64,000 nt of DNA from Kudoa neothunni (Eukaryota > Animalia > Cnidaria): NCBI GenBank assembly GCA_964304625.1, contig OZ199838.1, forward strand, positions 11,433,608 through 11,497,607. The letters are read 5' to 3'. Shown here piece after piece: positions 56,563 through 64,000 of this stretch; position 1 is the first letter of the stretch, and each line of letters starts with the position of its first letter. Under the pieces are notes generated by a model. The model was not told the origin of the DNA, searched no databases, and saw only the letters and a list, made by a program, of their open reading frames with translations. A program made the position numbers and the translations under genes.

Positions 56563-59500
56563 ATGGGTAACTCTTTCTGTTGATCTATACTTCATGTGAT
56601 TGATGTTTTTGTTGATAGAACATGATGATAGCAAAATGAGCGTGGACTCATCACCGAGTACACCTGTTGAAGATGTAGATCCAGATCTAGCAGTGGATTC
56701 ATTTGACAGTCAAAAACACAGCTCTATTACTGATCCACTTGATGACCACATCAGTAATCAATGCGCTGAAACTTATCACTTCGAAACAATAACTAGTGAA
56801 ACGCATATTTAATTTTACCGATTATTTTTTCGACATTCAAATTATTTTTATTCTCACATACATACACACATATACATCTACATTTAATGTGGGATCTTGT
56901 ATGTGGTATTAAATGTTTTCATGACAACGATATGTTCGATTAATTGCGGAACTATGGAGTTATAAGAAATCTGATTGACTTTATAATATTTAGATGTATC
57001 GGAGGGGTCACATGAAGATGGAAACCACCCTGCCAAAATGGGACAACACATGAAAAATGACACAATGAATACTTCGTGCGAAGAAATGTTTGATCTAATT
57101 GAAGAAATGTTTGAATGTGATGATGCCTTGAAATCTTTGCCAACCAGCGCAGAGGCAAGAAAATCCGAAATCTCCCAGGCAGATTTTAGTATTCAAGTTG
57201 AAAATGGTAAATTATAAACAGCTTACCTTGGCTACACCGACATTAGAAAATAAATATTTTTTAATGATTGATTTAGACACGCAATTCAAAACTTAATTTT
57301 GAAAACAATCATTTATAAGACAATTATTTTTTTAAATTTATACTATTTCTTTTGTAAATAATGATACAAATTCATTTGGATGTTAATTTCCATCACTAGG
57401 ATAAATGCTTTCAATTTTAAAAATTAATAAACCGTTATAATTGTTGTCATTTACATATAGATGATAATAATGGAACAGGATTGGGTGACAATGAATTGCA
57501 GGTTGGTAATGATGGGTTGCAAGGAAAATTCCCGCACACTGCGACTACTTCTGTTGACCTTCCGGACCTAGAGTTTAATAGTGATACCCAGGATTCGTCG
57601 GAAAGAAAGAATTCATGTAATTTTAAGCTGGTCGACAAGTTAAAATTTGATGTTTTTTAGCTGAATTTAATTCTCAACACTCTCAAATGAAATCAGCCGT
57701 ATCAGGCTGTGATGTGACGCCAAGATCATCTGCTGTTGAGGTTGACTACAATACTATTCCATTGGACGATTCCGATCAGCGATTTTCAGTTTGTAGCATG
57801 TTACTTGATGATGGTAGATTTCATGTGTTGTGCCTGATTTTAAAAAGCTTTTTGGTGGTTTAGAGAAGAAAACTTCGAGATCATCAATTCCAATGGATCA
57901 GAAAGCATTCGTTATTGATACCCCATCCAAATGTTCCATAGGTTCAACCGAATCATCTCTGTCCAAATCCCAAAACAGTATTGTTTTTTGTGGGACGAAG
58001 TTGGTGTGTGTTAGACTTCGTGATATGACATAACAGTGTTTACTACTATGTGAGCACATAATAGAGTGGGAAATATGATAATTGGTTGAAATGTTGATTA
58101 ATATAATAAAGAGTAATATGATTACATTTAATTTTCGTCGTCACACGAACCACATACATCTATATTGCCAACGAATATTTTTAAATTGTTTTTATCGGAT
58201 AGGAAAACCCAAGGAGGAGGATGCGAACATTCGTGAATCAAAGATCAAATCTCGTATGACACTTTTTAACGCATATAAAGTTCTTAAAGTGGCTAAAAAT
58301 TTCTGGCCCGCTTTTAAATCTTTGGATGATAACGAACATGTTACAATTATTAATTCATTTATCACCGAGGAAATCGGTTACACCAAGTGCATCAAATACG
58401 TGGCAGGTTTCGAACAAGGTATACGATATTCCATGGCATCCTCATCGAAAGCTATCTTCTCCAAAAACGACTTCAGCAAACTGCAACTCTCATACACCAA
58501 TCTTGATGCACATATGGAGAGATTAGAAAAAATACTGGAAAGTAAGAAAAATGGCAATGATGAAGGTTTTGGATTGATCGATTATTTTGGTGAATTGTTT
58601 CCATTACGCATCGATTATAAAATTATTGCATCGTCTATGGACCGATTTTTATCATTAATATCTAAAAATAAGACCTCATCTAAAATGAAAAGCATTCTTC
58701 CACCGAAACTTTACATAGAGGAGTGGAAGGAAAGTATTGATGTTGAATATGCTATCGATGCTATCTTTCAACGTCCACGAAAATATCTACAATTGTTACA
58801 CAGACTACTTTCTCACACCAAAAACACCGATCCCGCCTACAAACACATGCGAATCGTTACCAACCAATTGATATTGCTGTGGGATGTGATGAGGTTGAGC
58901 AGGATTGGAAAAAAAAGTAGTAACATCAACCGACGACTCACACTAACAACTCCAGTAGTGGAATTGAGTGTGGATGGAGAACGAAAATACCGTCTTTTAT
59001 ATATTTTCATGGATTGTCTTGTGATCTCGTCACAGAACAACAAGAATTCCGCTGATATTACTATCAAATATTGTTATTCGTTGAAGAGGTGTGTCTCTTC
59101 TCGAACTGTGCCACCGAGTTATAGTTTCGATCCTACAAAAGATAACGAAAAAAATAACAATTATATGAAGGGGAAAATCGCTTCCAATATGGACTTAATC
59201 AGTAAATATGAACACAGCAACAAAAAGTCAGACATATCCAAAATCGAAAAGTGTAACCGTCTAATTCATGAAGACCAGTACAAACTGTTGATTTCCGAAC
59301 CACAATTTCCACTGAGTGTGTGTTTCAATCATAAGAACACACACTTGTTCCTATTTGAGACCGAATCTGATGCCGCTTGTTGGGATTTCGTCATTAATGG
59401 ACGTTCCAATTGTTCGATTATGGACGAAGTTAACCCTACTGTGAACGAAGTTTATGCACTCATCAACGAGTTCAACTACAAACTTCTAAAAACAAAAGAT

Positions 59501-60583
59501 AATAAAGTCGCCCACTCCGAAGAGAACTACGTCGAAGCACCTTTCGTGCCACCACCTGTTGAATACAAAATCGAAGAAGAAATAGCTGTGCCGATTCAAT
59601 ACATGCATAATTGTCTTTTTATGAGTATAATTTTTAAACGACATGAAGACCTAGCTGGTGATATTTATTTTAAAATGGAATGCGACTATTATGATAACTA
59701 TTTTGAAAAATACAAAAGTCCAATCATTAAAGCGAATGAAATTTCCACTCATGAAATTTCCATATTGACCGAACATTCAAGTTTTGTAAAATTTGAATTT
59801 GTGAAATCGAAAGGAAAACCCGATTCCATTCAATATGGACCCATTAATCTCTGTGATAAGGGTATCCTTGATAATCCGTATATCTGCTTTAGAGAAAATA
59901 TTGAAAACGTTGGCAGTATTGTGGTATATGCCGAATGTTTGGATAGTTCAGACATGTTCAATGTTGATCAGATGAGTCACATCAAAAATATCAACCATTT
60001 CCAACCATCAATAGAACAAATCTGCATCAGCGAAAATAGCGTTATTCCCAACGTGCTGAAAATGTGTTCGGAAAAAATTGAAAGTATTGGGCTGGAAACT
60101 GTTGGTCTCTATCGTATATCCGGCACATTGAATAAAATGAACCAGCTGCGAGAAGAGTTTTCCAAAAATGTTATTCTTCAAAGTGCCGACCTAGATGATT
60201 ATGATATTCATGATTTGTGTAGTGGAGTGAAATCTTTTTTCAGAGATCTCCAACATCGACTCATTCCTAAGGATTGTATTGATGTTTTTGTAAATTGGCA
60301 AAAAAATGTGGAAAATAACCCCGATATCGCTTTACTCCATGAATGTGTGGAGAAACTACCCAGATCCAATCAAAACGCGTTCTACTATCTAATGAACCAT
60401 CTTGTAAAAATAGTTAGGCTGAATTCCGTTAATAAGATGACTTCGGCTAATCTGTCCACTGTCTTTGGCCCAAATCTATTCGATGAAGATTTGGGTGATA
60501 ACACTCAACAAGAAAGTCTTTTTACCTATGTATCCATAGTGAAATCTTTTATTGATGTAATGGATTCAGTCAATAGCCAGTAG
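56563..60583 (+). CDS. BCR/ABR-family DH-PH-C2-RhoGAP protein
   Basis: Final exon 58203-60583 has DH (LLHRLLSHT), PH (VELSVDGERKYRLLYIFMD), C2 (IYFKMECD) and RhoGAP (GLETVGLYRISG, NKMTSANLSTVFGPNL). Six upstream low-complexity exons from ATG 56563 are less certain. Confidence 0.88.
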
Positions 60584-60779
60584 GTTATATCGATTAATGT
60601 TTTTTCTTAAGTTTACACTCGTTATTTTTTATGTTTATTGGTTATTTTTTACGCTTAATTCAGTTATTATTTTCGATTAGTTTTCATTTCTGATAGATAC
60701 ATTTGGAGTTATTTGCCTAGAAATGCTTTCTCTATATCTAAAATTACTATTCGAAATTTTTTAAGCTTACAAATATAAT

Positions 60780-62035
60780 ATTTTAACGGTTATTGGACCA
60801 TCTAATTTAAGGTCAGCTGAAACGACCACGCTCCACAGACTTTTGGGGGTTTAAAAGACTCCAGCTTTTATTTGATGCATTAACTTAATGAATATGGATA
60901 TATAATTTTATTCGGTTTAAAAAATTTCCGTCGATTGAATTTGAAGAAAAGAGCCTAACATTTGCGTAATTATTCCGTTATCATCTCGTCGGTATCGTGT
61001 CAGCCAAAGCGCAAGTAATCATTATATAAAACCGTTGCTGAATTGTCTTAAATTTTTGAGAAATTAACAATTCAAGTGAATTGGCTTAATAATTAATATT
61101 TTCTATTAAAAATATTCAATTTAATTTTCTAAATTATTGATCAAGAGCTTATTGTTACTCTGCTCAAATAATGCCACGCGACCTCGCGTGGCATTAGTTA
61201 AAAAATGAATGAAACTAATGAATGTCTTGATGAATTTCAATCTGCAGGCTTTGAATTTGAATAAAACTGTACGGAATCATCTGAAGCATCCACTGGTTCA
61301 CTGAATCGGTGGAATGTGGAAATACTAAAAACCCAATAATCAGTAAACGTGGTATTATGCGGAGATTAAATAAACCAATAAAATCATTAATCGGTACAGA
61401 AAATATCATAAAAAACTGCCTGGATCTACTTCCTATTGTACTTATCACATTAATAGCATGTTAGATTGCTTTTCATCTTTTTCACAAACATGATTTGTGA
61501 GTAAATGATTTTATATATCATTTTTTTGAGGATTTAATTCCAAAGAGGACCGAATTTAATTATCAAATTTATTCAAATCGAATATATTTAATTTTTATGA
61601 TTCTATAAATTTATATTTTGTGTGTAAATGGAAGTTTACCATTCCTATTTTAATTAACGGTCAGGTGTGAATGATTACATCCTTACGGGAAATAAACATT
61701 AATAAATAAATAAATGAATGAATTTTCTAACGTGTTTCTAAATTTTTATGTGACTAAAATGAATGATACTTGTAGAGCTAAATTTTTATATATTCTTAAA
61801 GCATATTGACCAAAAAATATAGTGGGGTCCATTGGACCCCAAAAGTCCCTAGAGGATAATTTACTTTTCTACGTCTAAATTTTATTCATCCGGCTTAAGT
61901 TTTTCAAAGAATAATTAATATTGAAAATTAGGAGATTAGATAGAATTTTTCGAATTTCTGTTTATTACATAACTAATGCTAGGTAAATTAACTATGGTTC
62001 AGGCCCAATAGACCCCAAAGTCTTTAGAGGGTTAA
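60780..62035. mobile_element. piggyBac-derived non-autonomous element
   Basis: Right end GACCCCAAAGTCTTTAGAGGGTTAA with subterminal repeats at about 61835 and inverted at about 60838. Left boundary approximate. Confidence 0.55.
61169..61196. repeat. Perfect GC-rich palindrome
   Basis: TAATGCCACGCGA-CC-TCGCGTGGCATTA. Confidence 0.8.
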
Positions 62036-62066
62036 AAAAATATTACTTATAAGTTATAACTTGAAT

Positions 62067-62530
62067 TAGGGATCGTAATTTTCGATTAAAATCGACATTA
62101 GTCGGCGAATTGTTAAAAAAGTTTCGACGTTTGTTTTCCGGGAAAATTCTGAATCCTTTGAAAAATTTGAAATGGGTAGTAACCAGAGAGAACTTGATAG
62201 TTTTTCTGTTGAATAGATTGACACAGAGAAGGTGGAAAATGACTTTTCTTGTAAATATTGCAACGTGAAATTATCTCTACAACAAAATAGCGTTTACAAA
62301 AAAATAAAATCAAAGAAACATCTTTAAAGAGCGCTTCAAAACATTTCTCTGCCAGTTATTATTGTAGAGATAGAAAAAATTGAGCAAAATTTGGTTTCTG
62401 TTATTGTCGTCGACGTTCTTCCGCTGTAACTATTTGATATGAAATGTTTTTTGTAATTTGGTATGTTTAAACATACACGCATGCGTATTTATGAATCAAC
62501 CAAAATAAACCTCGAAAATTATGATCCCTA
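62067..62530 (+). mobile_element. TAGGG-TIR hAT-derived MITE, family B copy 2
   Basis: TIRs TAGGGATCGTAATTTTCGA / TCGAAAATTATGATCCCTA (18/19). Encodes the zinc-finger relic FSCKYCNVKLS..KSKKH (BED/CGGBP-like). Confidence 0.8.
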
Positions 62531-63163
62531 CTTATAAAAATTCATTCTAGTATTACTTTAATAATATGTTTTTAATTGACTACTTCTTAAGTTTTGGAAA
62601 TTTAAGATTTCACAAATTGAAGCGATTTGTTGGCCTTTTTTTTGTTCACAAAAAACCAACGGCTCAAATTTTTATCGACTCCAATCGGCAAATGCCGATT
62701 GTTAAAGATGTAAATAATTTTGTTTACTGGTAAATGTTTATTTATTCGTGACTTGAGTCACAACAACTTAATATACATTGTGTTTTATATTCTCATGGCG
62801 TAAAAAAGATTTTCTCAAATGATGTCACCTATTCGATTTGAAATGAATTAATTTAAAATAAATTTTTTTTATTCTATTTGTGTTCTAATTTTATTATAAA
62901 AAGTTATTTTTGGATGTTCGACCCCTTGCTTGTCTTAACATATTATCTCCATGCGGCCCGCGGATAAAAAGTTTTCCCACCCCTAGATTAGTTTATAAAA
63001 ATAAGGTGCATTCATTCAAAGGTAATTTTTCGATTAAGGTTAACCTAAGAATCGTACTGAAGAGATGTAAAACATAATAAAAACCAATAATTTAAGAATG
63101 AAAAATTAAGGGAACATAGGTTGTGTGTTAACAAAAAAATATTCATTTTCACCGTAACAGATG

Positions 63164-64000
63164 TTAATTATGGAAGCGGTTGTTGGATGAGTTTCGATAC
63201 AATTCTTGAAAATTTGTTAACCTATCGTAAACTTCTACCAATCCTTCTTTAGTGTCAACTTTTAGGGAGACATTGTAATGAGAATTTTCCTAAATTATCA
63301 CATCAATTAGAGCAATTGCCATCAACCTCACCTGAGATAATATAATGACATGTAGGATTCTGTTTCTGATGAGGAATCCCAAATAATTCGACAAGACATC
63401 TTTAGGATAGTTGACCATAGAAAAAGAACCAATTACAGATTGGGCAGGGATAGTGAACACACTCTCAACAATTTCCTTGTTGGGTATCAAAACACACCCC
63501 AGTTGTACACATTTAAACCAGCCATAATCCAAAAAATACATCTAAATATAATATTAAGTTAAATCAATTTCCATACATACCATATTTTTTTGTCTATCCA
63601 CACAAACAGCTCTGAAAAAGTGTTTATTAATTTTCACAATAGCGGGGTTGTTTTCTACAAAGTGATCCACCGCATCAATAGTATCATTAGAATTTATATT
63701 TTTGGCATAGAACCAATATTTTTTCAACACATGCTCAATGAAACCAAGTCTATTGGGATATATTTGTAAACAAAATGAATTCACATCATGGATGCCACAT
63801 AATTTGGCGGTGAAATTCTGCCGATAATCGAAATGATAGAATCTACAATTGGATTTTGACACAATTTTAAAAGGTTTCAACGTTGTTCCGTGATCAAGGT
63901 AGCAAAAAAATGAATAATAATCGCACATATCTACGGTGGAACGAAACCCGAAAGTTTTGATGGGTATATCATGTTCAAATTTAACACGATACAATTCATT
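63164..64000 (-). CDS. Tudor-domain protein, 3' part (5' end outside window)
   Basis: Extended-Tudor pattern: IHDVNSFCLQ..HFFRAVC..MYFLDYG..VFTIPAQSV. Two short introns, stop at 63164. Confidence 0.75.

Overview
Very AT-rich eukaryotic DNA, almost certainly from a fast-evolving animal (divergent Integrator INTS2, BCR/ABR-type RhoGAP, animal-type MRPS21). The compact genes with 37-72 nt GT-AG introns suggest a reduced parasite such as a myxozoan or orthonectid, but the species cannot be fixed from this window. Manual splicing gives 12 protein genes: RPS12 (frameshifted), TTC4, INTS2, MRPS21 (missed by the ORF track), an unannotated Cys-rich secreted protein (missed by the ORF track), APRT, PRIM2 (16 exons), a coiled-coil + RWD-like protein resembling monopolin Csm1/Pcs1, DIMT1, GPN3, a BCR/ABR RhoGEF-PH-C2-RhoGAP and a partial Tudor protein. 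The gene islands sit among decayed, often nested DNA transposons (hAT/Buster, piggyBac, Merlin, MULE-SWIM, pogo/Tigger, Tc1/IS630) plus a tRNA-derived SINE family with a 14-bp TSD. Best leads: the Csm1-like gene in an animal, the novel secreted protein, the SINE, the RPS12 indels and a Y-RNA-like Pol III candidate. All homology calls come from recalled motifs, not database searches.
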